A stretch of DNA of 64,000 nucleotides from Rhizobium sp. Q54 (lineage in GTDB: Bacteria > Pseudomonadota > Alphaproteobacteria > SHVZ01): positions 903 to 64,902 of the forward strand of contig CAMBVS010000015.1 of assembly GCA_945871425.1 (NCBI GenBank), given 5' to 3'. Positions 19,184 to 27,948 of this stretch are shown in pieces. Below the pieces are notes generated by a model. It ran no database searches. It was given only the letters and a program-made list of their open reading frames with translations, and had not been told where the DNA came from. Both the position numbers and the translations under genes were made by a program. How positions within the stretch are numbered: position 1 is the first letter of the stretch; each line of letters opens with the position of its first letter.

Positions 19184-20224
19184 ATGAATCGTTCGCAATT
19201 GAGGGGCAGGGTGCAGACGGTGTGCGGACTGATCGACCCGGAGAGGCTGGGCCAGACCCTGATGCACGAGCACCTGCTCTCCGATCTCCGGACGCCCGAG
19301 GCACGCAAGGTCAACGAGCCTGAGGAGCCGATCAGCCTGGAGAACGTCTGGGCAATCAACTACGGCCGGAAAAAGCATCGCATGCAGTATGTCCTCGACA
19401 TGAAGGACATCGCCGTCGTCGAGATGAACGCGCTTCGCAAGCTCGGCGGCGACACGGTGGTCGAGCTGACCTGCGGCGGCATCCGCCCGGACCCGAAGGG
19501 ACTCGCCGATATCCAGCTCGGCACCGGCGTCAACATCATCATGGGCTGCGGCTACTACGTCGAGGAATACCAGGACCCGTCGAACAAGACCCGCAGCGTC
19601 GACGACTTCGCCCGTGAGATCGTCGGCCAGGTGTTCGACGGCGCCTGGGGCACCAATGTGCGCGCGGGCATCATCGGCGAGATCGGCTCGCAGAACCCCT
19701 GGACCGACCTGGAGAAGACGGTGATGCGGGGCGCCGTCATCGCCCAGAAGGAGACCGGGGCCGCGCTTAACATCCACCCCGGCCGCCGCGAGGACCTGCC
19801 GCTCGAGATCGCCAATACCGTCAAGGAATGGGGCGCCGACCTCTCGCGCACGATCATCAGCCACATCGACCGGACCATCCTGGACGTCGAGCCGCTGCTT
19901 CGCCTGGCCGAGACCGGCGTGGTGCTGGAGTTCGACATGTTCGGCGTCGAGAACACCTACTACCCGCTGAAGGAGAGCGTCGACCTGCCGAACGACGGCA
20001 TGCGGCTTCGTCTCATCCGCGCGCTTCTCGACCGCGGCCATCTCGACCAGGTGGTGATCTCGCACGACATCGACTGCCGCACCCGGCTGGTCAATTTTGG
20101 CGGGCACGGCTACGGCCACATCCTCGAGAACGTCGTGCCGCTGATGCGCGCCCGTGATTTCAGCCAGGAGGAGATCGACGGCATCCTGGTCGAGAATCCG
20201 AAGCGCCTGCTGACCTTCGTCTAG
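19184..20224 (+). CDS. Phosphotriesterase-related (PTE/Php family) amidohydrolase-fold hydrolase
   Basis: AAGGAGG SD. GQTLMHEHLL (HxH), AGIIGEIG (Glu where the PTE carboxylated Lys sits, as in Php), ...NIHPG..., ...VISHDID... Confidence 0.85.
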   Translation: MNRSQLRGRVQTVCGLIDPERLGQTLMHEHLLSDLRTPEARKVNEPEEPISLENVWAINYGRKKHRMQYVLDMKDIAVVEMNALRKLGGDTVVELTCGGIRPDPKGLADIQLGTGVNIIMGCGYYVEEYQDPSNKTRSVDDFAREIVGQVFDGAWGTNVRAGIIGEIGSQNPWTDLEKTVMRGAVIAQKETGAALNIHPGRREDLPLEIANTVKEWGADLSRTIISHIDRTILDVEPLLRLAETGVVLEFDMFGVENTYYPLKESVDLPNDGMRLRLIRALLDRGHLDQVVISHDIDCRTRLVNFGGHGYGHILENVVPLMRARDFSQEEIDGILVENPKRLLTFV

Positions 20225-20238
20225 AAAGCCCGCCGACC

Positions 20239-21546
20239 ATGGCGACGCTGGCCAAGGCCGACTTCCTGACGGCCGCCGATCTCGCCGCCTGGCAGGACGG
20301 ACGCTGGGCCCGCCAGCGCGAGCGGGTCCAGGCCTCGCCGCTCTATCGCCGGCTCTGGGCCGGCCGAAAGGCGCCGGCGCGGCTGGCCGACCTGCCGGCG
20401 CTGCCGCTCAGTGACAAGGCGATGCTGCGGGCAAGCCAGCGGGCAACACCTCCCTTCGGCGACTATCTCGCCGTCGAGCCTGAGGCGATCGTCCGCATCC
20501 ACCGCACCTCGGGCACCACCGGCGAGGCGATGAACATCGCGCTTTCGGCTGAGGACGCCGCCGACACCGCGACCGTCGGTGCCAGAGCCCAGGCCGCCGC
20601 CGGCCTCGGGCCGGGGCATCGGGTGGTCCATTGCCTCAACTACCAGCTCTGGATGGGCGGCTTCACCGACCACACGACGCTGGAAGCGACCGGCGCCGCG
20701 GTCATTCCCTTCGGCGTCGGCAACAGCGAGAAGCTGGTCCAGACGATCCGCGACCTCGGCATCACCGCGATCTCCTGCACGCCGTCATATCCGGCGGTGC
20801 TGGAGCGGACCATCGCTACGCATTTCCCTGGGCTCTCGCCCCGCGATCTCGGGCTCGGGCTCGGCCTCTTCGGCGGCGAGGCCGGCCTCGACGACCCGGC
20901 CTTTCGCGGGCGGCTGGAATCGATCTGGGGCTTCAAGGCGCGGAATGCGAATTACGGCGTCTCCGACGTCTTCTGCAATTTCGCCGGCCAGTGCGAGCAG
21001 CAGACCGACCTGCACTTCATGGGGCTCGACGTGCTGTGGCCGGAACTGATCGAGCCTGAGATCGGCGATGTCCTGCCCTGGCGCGAGGGGGCGACCGGCG
21101 AATTGGTGCTGACCCATCTGGAGCGGGCCTGCCAGCCGCTCGCCCGCTTTCGCACCGGCGACATCGTCGAGCTGACCGGTCTCGGCCGCTGCGTCTGTGG
21201 TCGGCACGCGCCGCGCTTTCGGGTCATCGGCCGCTCCGATGATATGGTGGTGGTGCGCGGCCTCAACGTCTTCCCGACAACGGTGGCGGCGGCGCTCGGC
21301 AGCTTCGCCGAGCTGTCGGCGGAGTATCGCATCCGGCTCGCCGGAGGCGGCCCCTATGATGCGCTTCCGGTCGAGGCCGAGTTGGCCATCGGACAGGTGA
21401 TTTCTGCCGGGTTGGCGGATGCGATCGCCGCGAGGATCAAACGCGAGATCGGTGCCACCGCAAGGGTCACGCTGCTGCCGCCGGGCAGCCTGCCGCGGAC
21501 CGAGGGCAAGACGCGGCGCGTCGTCCGCGAAGGAGGCTCGTCATGA
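20239..21546 (+). CDS. Phenylacetate-CoA ligase (PaaK)-like adenylate-forming enzyme
   Basis: HRTSGTTGEAM AMP-binding motif and PaaK/F390-synthetase-like layout. Stop overlaps the next start. Confidence 0.8.
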   Translation: MATLAKADFLTAADLAAWQDGRWARQRERVQASPLYRRLWAGRKAPARLADLPALPLSDKAMLRASQRATPPFGDYLAVEPEAIVRIHRTSGTTGEAMNIALSAEDAADTATVGARAQAAAGLGPGHRVVHCLNYQLWMGGFTDHTTLEATGAAVIPFGVGNSEKLVQTIRDLGITAISCTPSYPAVLERTIATHFPGLSPRDLGLGLGLFGGEAGLDDPAFRGRLESIWGFKARNANYGVSDVFCNFAGQCEQQTDLHFMGLDVLWPELIEPEIGDVLPWREGATGELVLTHLERACQPLARFRTGDIVELTGLGRCVCGRHAPRFRVIGRSDDMVVVRGLNVFPTTVAAALGSFAELSAEYRIRLAGGGPYDALPVEAELAIGQVISAGLADAIAARIKREIGATARVTLLPPGSLPRTEGKTRRVVREGGSS

Positions 21547-22292
21547 CCACCGTCACCACGACAGCTGCATCCGGATACCGGACGGTGACGTTGAACCGGC
21601 CGGAGCGGCTGAATGCGATCAATGGCGAACTGCTGGATGACCTCGGGGCCGCGCTGAAGGCCGCGAATGCCGACGCTGGCATCGCGTCCGTCGTGCTCAC
21701 GGGTACCGGCCGCGCCTTCTGCGCCGGCGACGACCTGAAGGAGTTCGAGGCCCAGGCCCGCACCGAAGCGGAAGCCCGGAGCCATGTCGAGCGCATCCAG
21801 GAGATCACCCGGCTGATCGTCGGAAGCCCGCATATCGTCATCGTTGCCGCGGCCGGCTGGGCGGTCGGCGGCGGGCTCGAATGGACGATCAACGCCGATC
21901 TGGTGGTGATGGCCGACGACTGCCGATGTTTCTTCCCGGAGCTGTTGCTCGGCCTCTTCGTCACCGGCGGCGTCACCTACCTGTTGCCTGAACGCTGCGG
22001 CCGGCCGGCAGCGCTCGAGCTGATGCTGCTGGGCGAGCGCTTCGACGCGGCCCGGGCGCGCGAGCTCGGCATCGCCGGCCGCGTGGTCTCCCGCGCACGG
22101 TTGCTTGCCGAGGCGACCGAGATCGCGGGCAAGATCGCGACGCTGCCTGTCGCCCGCGTGCGACAGCTCAAGCGCGTGATCCAGCGCGCCACCGACCTCG
22201 ACACGGCGATGCGGCTGGAGACCGGCGAGACCGTCACCGCCTTCCTCGATCCCGACACCGCCCGCCGGATCGCTGGCTTCGGCACCCGCTGA
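21543..22292 (+). CDS. Enoyl-CoA hydratase/isomerase (crotonase) family protein
   Basis: ATGA overlap with the ligase. LNRPERLNAI and GTGRAFCAGDDL oxyanion-hole motif. Confidence 0.88.
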   Translation: MTTVTTTAASGYRTVTLNRPERLNAINGELLDDLGAALKAANADAGIASVVLTGTGRAFCAGDDLKEFEAQARTEAEARSHVERIQEITRLIVGSPHIVIVAAAGWAVGGGLEWTINADLVVMADDCRCFFPELLLGLFVTGGVTYLLPERCGRPAALELMLLGERFDAARARELGIAGRVVSRARLLAEATEIAGKIATLPVARVRQLKRVIQRATDLDTAMRLETGETVTAFLDPDTARRIAGFGTR

Positions 22293-22314
22293 CGATCAAC
22301 CAGGAGACTCCCCG

Positions 22315-22641
22315 ATGATCCACGAGCTGCGCATCTATCACTGCCTTCCCGGCCGCCTGCCGGCGCTGCTGAAACGCTTCGAGACCAGGACCTTGAAGAT
22401 CTGGGAGAAGCACGGCATCCGCCAGGCCGGCTTCTGGACGGTCATGATCGGCGAGTCGAACCTCGTTCTCTATTACCTGCTCGCCTGGGAATCATTGGCC
22501 GAGCGCGAGACCAAGTGGAGCGCCTTCACGGCCGATCCCGAATGGATCGCCGCGCGCACGGAATCCGAGAAGGAGGGGTCGATCCTGGCCAAAGTCACCA
22601 ACGAGATCCTGCAACCGACGGCGTTCTCGTCGGTTAAATGA
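22315..22641 (+). CDS. NIPSNAP family protein
   Basis: MIHELRIYHCLPGRLPALLKRFE...; ~108 aa dimeric alpha-beta-barrel type. Confidence 0.8.
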   Translation: MIHELRIYHCLPGRLPALLKRFETRTLKIWEKHGIRQAGFWTVMIGESNLVLYYLLAWESLAERETKWSAFTADPEWIAARTESEKEGSILAKVTNEILQPTAFSSVK

Positions 22642-22654
22642 CGCAGTCGCCCAA

Positions 22655-23731
22655 CTAACGGAATCTGCTGATCCGATCCTCGTAGCCGGGGCGCGCGCCG
22701 CGGCTCTTGCTTGCGTCGAGCGGACAACCGGCATTGGCTGATGCCTGAGCAATGGCTTCACCGATGCTGGCTCTCGTGATGGCGACCAACTCGCGAAGCT
22801 TCTCCGGCTTGTCGGTTAGAGTGTCCTCTGCCAAGACTCTCTCTGCTTCGGTGACCGCAGCAGCGAACCTCGCTCGCCCTTCCTCCAAGAAACCACCTTG
22901 GACGAGATAGAGCGAGGCGGTGACCACATGCGCCAGCCGCCAGAATGGGTCCTCGTCCGGATCGGCCTCATAAGCCGCTGCCCAGCCTCGATAGTGGCTG
23001 GAATAGGCTTGGCAGGCCGCAACATAGCGGCCCTTTTCAGCGCGGAGGAAACGCGGGACATATGGGCCGCAGAAACCACACGTGCCGAAGAAGCCTCCCC
23101 AACGCGCCTCAACTGATCGTAACACGTGAGTTGTTGCGTTTCCGGGCACAAGATAGGCAATCTCAGGCAGGCCTCCTGGCCGGGCGTCTACCGAGGCGCG
23201 AGTCAGGCGTAGCACATGCATTGTATAGCCCAGCCGCATAGACCCGCCCGAACCCTCGGAGACAAAAACCGTCGGCACGCCATCGCCGAAGACGTCATGT
23301 CCGCTGGGTTCCTTCATCTCAACGTAAGTGCTCATAATCTCCCGCACGAAGCGCAATCTGACATCATGGGCCGACCGTACCGTCACCTTATGCAGGTGAA
23401 AAATCTCCCTGCGGAGGCCGTTGTCCCTCCAGACGATGGCGAGGAATGTCGGGCGGCCGTCTTGTCGGAAGACGATATGCGCGACCTGCTTCAAGTGTCG
23501 GGAGCGACCCTTCTTCAGAATGTCGAGCACGCGCGGTACCCAGGCTGGTTCGTTCATGACGGAATAGGCTAGCGGCCGGTCATCCTGCAGGGACCCAAAG
23601 ATGGAGCCGCCGCCTTCAACCGCCGCCACTTCGACAAGCTCGGACTCCTGTTCCGAAGCGATCGCGCGGACCGGCGGGCCGATCAACAGCGACAACAGTA
23701 CCGTGACGAAGAGGCCTTGTTTTTGAAGCAT
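22655..23731 (-). CDS. Hypothetical secreted protein (no family recognised)
   Basis: 358-aa ORF with signal peptide MLQKQGLFVTVLLSLLIGPPVRAIA. Cys motifs CGFCGPY, AACQAY, AGCPLD. Local G+C is lower (30/60 in 23281-23340). Confidence 0.6.
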   Translation of the reverse strand: MLQKQGLFVTVLLSLLIGPPVRAIASEQESELVEVAAVEGGGSIFGSLQDDRPLAYSVMNEPAWVPRVLDILKKGRSRHLKQVAHIVFRQDGRPTFLAIVWRDNGLRREIFHLHKVTVRSAHDVRLRFVREIMSTYVEMKEPSGHDVFGDGVPTVFVSEGSGGSMRLGYTMHVLRLTRASVDARPGGLPEIAYLVPGNATTHVLRSVEARWGGFFGTCGFCGPYVPRFLRAEKGRYVAACQAYSSHYRGWAAAYEADPDEDPFWRLAHVVTASLYLVQGGFLEEGRARFAAAVTEAERVLAEDTLTDKPEKLRELVAITRASIGEAIAQASANAGCPLDASKSRGARPGYEDRISRFR

Positions 23732-23807
23732 GGGCGTCGGATACGATTGCTAGGCTAATCTCCAATTCGAACGCAAAACTACGCAGGAGTCTAGGCAGAA
23801 TCAGATG

Positions 23808-24764
23808 TCACGAGGCGTTACGGTCGATCAGCTTGATCAAGTCGCCGATCAGCCCGAGGCGGGTCGCGACCGTCGCTTCCGGTGGACGGATGCCGATCTT
23901 GGCGCCGACGAAATCGAGCGTCCCCGCGGCGGCGAGCGATGCCTTGATCTCGGTCTCGGTCAGCAGCGAACCCTCGGCCGCATGGGAAAGGCCCGGTGCC
24001 GCCGCATGCGGCATGTGGGCGTCGGCCCAGGCGCCGTAGGGCGTCTGGGCGCCCGAGGCACCGGAGAACATCAGGCCGGACAAGGCTCCGGCGTCGCGGG
24101 CTTGCTTGATGTGCTGGACGGCGGTCTCGGCCTTGTAGGTCTCGAGCACCGAGCGGCCCCAGTTGATCGAGATGCCGATCGGCTTCCTTGCTGACTTGTT
24201 GGCTGCGGCGATCGCCTTCAGCTCGCCGTCGAGCGTGAGGAAGCCCTTGATCGGCGGATGGCCGGCGCGATAGGCGTCGCAATGCTCGATGACGATGCGG
24301 GCACCCTGCCAGTCCCAGCCGGCGATCTCCGCCAGCGACTCCCCGAACGCGCCGGCGGAGCCCTTTCCTTCGCCGCCCTGGGTCGGCGCGGACTGGACCT
24401 CGACGGCGATCACGGCATTGCGGCCGGCGGCGGCATTGATCCGGCCGACGGCGTCCTTCGCCTTCGCGGCGAAGTCGATCGCCCGCTTGCGGCCGGCGGC
24501 GTCGTCCGAGGCGAGGCCGAAGGTCTTGTCCTTCACCAGCGTCTGCATGGTGCCGGGGATGCAGGTGACGACGAAGTCCCAGTTCTTCTTCACCGTGCGG
24601 AGCAGCCATGCCTCGTCGTGCGGGTGCAGCGCGCCGGTGAACGGGATCTCGAGCCCGCGCACGCTCGGCATCGCCTTGAGTCCGTCGTAGAAGGCCTGTT
24701 CCTCGGCCTCCTTCCAGGCAGCGTTGGCGGGTGAGGCAGCATAGGCGCCGACGATCGTGGCCAT
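23808..24764 (-). CDS. Xylose-isomerase-like TIM-barrel protein (DUF4862-like)
   Basis: 318-aa ORF with strong G/C third-position bias. ...GLEIPF..., ...IVIEHCD..., ...ISINWGRS... Family name is from memory only. Confidence 0.6.
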   Translation of the reverse strand: MATIVGAYAASPANAAWKEAEEQAFYDGLKAMPSVRGLEIPFTGALHPHDEAWLLRTVKKNWDFVVTCIPGTMQTLVKDKTFGLASDDAAGRKRAIDFAAKAKDAVGRINAAAGRNAVIAVEVQSAPTQGGEGKGSAGAFGESLAEIAGWDWQGARIVIEHCDAYRAGHPPIKGFLTLDGELKAIAAANKSARKPIGISINWGRSVLETYKAETAVQHIKQARDAGALSGLMFSGASGAQTPYGAWADAHMPHAAAPGLSHAAEGSLLTETEIKASLAAAGTLDFVGAKIGIRPPEATVATRLGLIGDLIKLIDRNAS

Positions 24765-24846
24765 GAGACGGTTCCGGACTAGGGGAAGGAGGGAAATCGG
24801 CGGGGAGCTTAGCAGCGAAGCCGGCTCGCCCGATAGCGCCCGGGCG

Positions 24847-25632
24847 TCATGCGTAGGCGGCCTTGAAGCGGCGGGTCAGGTGCGCCTGGTCGACGAAGCC
24901 CAGTACGGCTGCGACATCCGCCGGGGTGTCGCCGGCCGCCAGCCGTCGCTTCGCCTGTTCGAGGCGCAGAAGTCTGAGATAGGCCGACGGGGCGAGACCG
25001 AAGCGGCGCTGGAACAGGCGCGTCAGATGGAAACGGCTGAGACCCGCGAGATCCGCGAGGTCCTGCAGCGAGACATCATCCCCGGGCGCGTCGCGCAGGC
25101 GATCACGGACGGTGAGGACCGCGTGGTCGGCCCGGCCGGCGGGCGTCGGCACCGAGGTGCCGCCATAGCGCTGTGCTAGGCGAAGCAGGAGACGGAGCAG
25201 CATGTCGTCCCGCGTCAGCGCCGATGCCTCGGGCGCGAGCATCTCGAAGGCGCGGGCGATCAGGCGCGCGGTCGCCGAATCGAGCGCCAGCGGCCGGTCG
25301 AGCAGCGGCTCCGGATCGCCCACCTCACCGGCGAGGATGCCCCTCACGGTCGCCACGTCGACATAGAGCATGCGGTAGGTGAACCCATCCGCCGTCGTCG
25401 CGTGGCCGTCATGCAGCTCGGTCGGGTTGAACAGGATGATCGCGCCCGGCCGGGTCGTATGGCTTTCACCGCGGCAGGTGAAGGTTTGCGATCCCGCTTC
25501 GGTCATGCCGATGGCATAGGCCTCGTGCGCATGCCGGTCATAGGCGTGGCGGGTGAAGCGGGCGCGCAGCCGCACGATCCCGGTCGCGGCATCGGCGTCG
25601 AAGGCGACCCATTCGTCGGTGGACGAGAGCAC
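24847..25632 (-). CDS. AraC family transcriptional regulator (cupin/AraC-binding N-terminus)
   Basis: C-terminal HTH pair LQDLADLAGLSRFHLTRLFQRRFGLAPSAYLRLLRLEQAKRRL. Divergent from the DUF2000 gene. Confidence 0.9.
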   Translation of the reverse strand: MLSSTDEWVAFDADAATGIVRLRARFTRHAYDRHAHEAYAIGMTEAGSQTFTCRGESHTTRPGAIILFNPTELHDGHATTADGFTYRMLYVDVATVRGILAGEVGDPEPLLDRPLALDSATARLIARAFEMLAPEASALTRDDMLLRLLLRLAQRYGGTSVPTPAGRADHAVLTVRDRLRDAPGDDVSLQDLADLAGLSRFHLTRLFQRRFGLAPSAYLRLLRLEQAKRRLAAGDTPADVAAVLGFVDQAHLTRRFKAAYA

Positions 25633-25698
25633 GGCGATACAAGACCCGGCGCTGGTTTCGAGCGCAGCCTAGGACCGATCGTCAGCCGGGAGAAGGCC

Positions 25699-26109
25699 AT
25701 GCGCTTCGAGACCAAGATCGCGATCGCGATCCAGACCGACTTGCCGGCCTGGCAGAAGCTGAACGTCACGGCCTTCCTGGCAAGCGCCGTCGCCGGTGCC
25801 GACCGCGAGCTGATCGGCCAGCCCTACGAGGATGGCTCGGGCATCCGCTCGCTCGCCATGTTCCGCCAGCCGGTGCTGGTGTTCGCCGGATCGGCGGATG
25901 ACCTGAAGCGCGCCCATGGCCGACTTCGCGAGCGCAACCTGCCCTTCGCGCTCTACACGCGCGAGATGTTTGCGACCGGCCATGACGACGCCAACCGCGC
26001 GGCGGTCAAGGCGGTCGCGACCGACGCCCTCGGCCTGGTCGGACTCGCTATGCATGCCGACCGCAAGGACGTCGATCGCGTGGTGAAGGGGATGGCGTTG
26101 CATCCGTAA
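25699..26109 (+). CDS. DUF2000 domain protein
   Basis: Track ORF 25402..26109. Start moved to ATG 25699 (GGGAGAAGG SD). MRFETKIAIAIQTDLPAWQKLNVTAFLASA... Confidence 0.75.
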   Translation: MRFETKIAIAIQTDLPAWQKLNVTAFLASAVAGADRELIGQPYEDGSGIRSLAMFRQPVLVFAGSADDLKRAHGRLRERNLPFALYTREMFATGHDDANRAAVKAVATDALGLVGLAMHADRKDVDRVVKGMALHP

Positions 26110-26161
26110 GGCCGCGTTTGCCTAAGCCCACGGTCGCGCCGTTGGTGCGCCCTCGCTCGGG

Positions 26162-26182
26162 CCTCAATGCTGCGCATTGAGG
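26162..26182. repeat. Stem-loop CCTCAATGC-tgc-GCATTGAGG (terminator/REP-like candidate)
   Basis: Perfect 9-bp stem, 53 nt after the DUF2000 stop. No U tract follows. Confidence 0.5.
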
Positions 26183-26237
26183 TACGCTCGTTCGCCGGCG
26201 CGGACTTGTAAGACTTCGCGGCGGCGCGCGGAACGTA

Positions 26238-26260
26238 CCTCGATTGCAACGCAATCGAGG
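26238..26260. repeat. Stem-loop CCTCGATTGC-aac-GCAATCGAGG (terminator/REP-like candidate)
   Basis: Perfect 10-bp stem, about 36 nt after the M48 peptidase stop on the other strand. The arm sequence is related to the 26162 hairpin. Confidence 0.5.
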
Positions 26261-26295
26261 CTTGAGCGGAGCGCGTGATCGCCGCGACCGCGGTC

Positions 26296-27300
26296 TTAAG
26301 TGCCGAGATTCCGCAATCGCTTAATCCGGTCTTCCAGCGCCGGATGGGTGGCGAATAGCGCCGGCGTGCGGCTGGTGAACTGCCGGAGCGGGTTGACGAT
26401 GAACAGGTGCTGAGTGGCGCCGCTGACGCCGGGAAACGGCTTCGCTGCCTCGGTCAGTTTCCGCAGCGCGCCGATCAGCCCTTCCGGGTTGCGGGTGAAC
26501 TGGACCGAGGTCGCGTCGGCTAGGTACTCGCGCTGGCGCGAGACCGCGAACTGCACCAGCTTGGCCGCGATCGGCGCCAGGATGGCGAAGACGATCAGGA
26601 GGATGAAAAGGATCGCCTGGCCGCCGCCCTTCTTTCCGCTGCTGGAAGAACGGCTGCGGCCGAGGCTTCCCCATTGCATCGACCGCAACGCGATCTCGGC
26701 GACCATCGAGATCAGGCCGACGGTGACGCCGACGATGGTCATGTAGCGGGTGTCGAGATTGGCGACGTGGCCCATCTCGTGACCGATGACGCCTTGAAGC
26801 TCGGAGCGGGTGAGCGTCTGCAGGAGGCCGCGGGTGACGCCGATCGCCGCCTTGCTGGTGCGCATGCCGGTGGCGAAGGCGTTGGGTACTTCGGTCTCGA
26901 TCACCAGGACCCTGGGTTTCGGCAATCCGGCGGCGAGCGCCATTTCCTCGACAATGTTGTGGAGCTGCGGCTCCTCCTCGCGCGTGACCTCCTTCGCGCC
27001 GGCGAGGCCCGTCACCATGCGGTCGCCGAAGCCGAGCGCGATGCCGCTCCAGGAAAGGCTGGCGACCGCAAGCAGGCTAGCGCCGCCGATCGCCGCCGGC
27101 CCCGTGAGTGCGCCGAAAGCGTCCGAGGCGGTGCCGCCCTCGAACTCGAGCACCGCGCCGATGACGGCGCCGAGACCGGCCGCGATCAACGTTAGGATGA
27201 TCAGAAGCCAGCGGGTCATCCGCCGGTTCTTGCGCTGGGCCGAGAGGAAGTCGGTCCCGGTCAGCCCCGTCGGCGCCGGCACCGACGATGGCACGCTCAT
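26296..27300 (-). CDS. M48 family (HtpX-like) zinc metallopeptidase, membrane-bound
   Basis: HEMGH zinc motif (GVIGHEMGHVANLD), plus N-terminal and central TM helices. Confidence 0.88.
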   Translation of the reverse strand: MSVPSSVPAPTGLTGTDFLSAQRKNRRMTRWLLIILTLIAAGLGAVIGAVLEFEGGTASDAFGALTGPAAIGGASLLAVASLSWSGIALGFGDRMVTGLAGAKEVTREEEPQLHNIVEEMALAAGLPKPRVLVIETEVPNAFATGMRTSKAAIGVTRGLLQTLTRSELQGVIGHEMGHVANLDTRYMTIVGVTVGLISMVAEIALRSMQWGSLGRSRSSSSGKKGGGQAILFILLIVFAILAPIAAKLVQFAVSRQREYLADATSVQFTRNPEGLIGALRKLTEAAKPFPGVSGATQHLFIVNPLRQFTSRTPALFATHPALEDRIKRLRNLGT

Positions 27301-27309
27301 CGGCTCGGC

Positions 27310-27867
27310 CTAGCGGAGACTGACCTTGGGCACTGCCCGTTCGGCGTCGGGTATGTCGAGATGCGCCATGGTGGTGAAGCCGAAGGTGCCGGCGATCAGG
27401 TTGGCCGGGAAGGACTGCACCATGTTGTTCGCCCCCATGATGCTGTCGTTGTAGAATTGGCGGGCGAAGGAGATCTTGTTCTCGGTCGTCGTCAGCTCCT
27501 CCTGGAGCTGCATGACGTTGTCGTTGGCCTTGAGCTGCGGGTAGTTCTCCATCAGGGCGAAGAGCTTCGTGGTCGCCGCCGTCAGCGCCCCCTCGGCGGC
27601 TCCGATCTCAGCCGGACCCTTGGCGTTCACCGCGGCGTTCCGGGCCTCGACCACCTGCTTCAGGGTCTCCTGCTCGTAGCCCATGGCGTCCTTCACCACC
27701 TCGACCAGGTTGGGGACGAGGTCGTGGCGGCGCTTCAGCTGCACGTCGATCTGGGCCCAGGCGTTCTGGGCCTGGTTGCGCAACGAGACCAGGCGGTTGT
27801 AGGTCGCGATCAGCCAGAGGACGACCGCTCCGGCAATTCCGATCACGACCCATGTCGACGTGTCCAT
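27310..27867 (-). CDS. LemA family protein
   Basis: N-terminal TM helix, ...YNRLVSLRNQAQNAWAQIDVQLKRRHDLVPNLV... Lies 9 nt upstream of the M48 gene. Confidence 0.9.
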   Translation of the reverse strand: MDTSTWVVIGIAGAVVLWLIATYNRLVSLRNQAQNAWAQIDVQLKRRHDLVPNLVEVVKDAMGYEQETLKQVVEARNAAVNAKGPAEIGAAEGALTAATTKLFALMENYPQLKANDNVMQLQEELTTTENKISFARQFYNDSIMGANNMVQSFPANLIAGTFGFTTMAHLDIPDAERAVPKVSLR

Positions 27868-27948
27868 TTATGGCCTCTCAAGGGTAATCTCCCGGTGCCG
27901 GAACCATAGCATGGCAACCAAACCACCGGCTGGTTGCAAGGGGACGAG

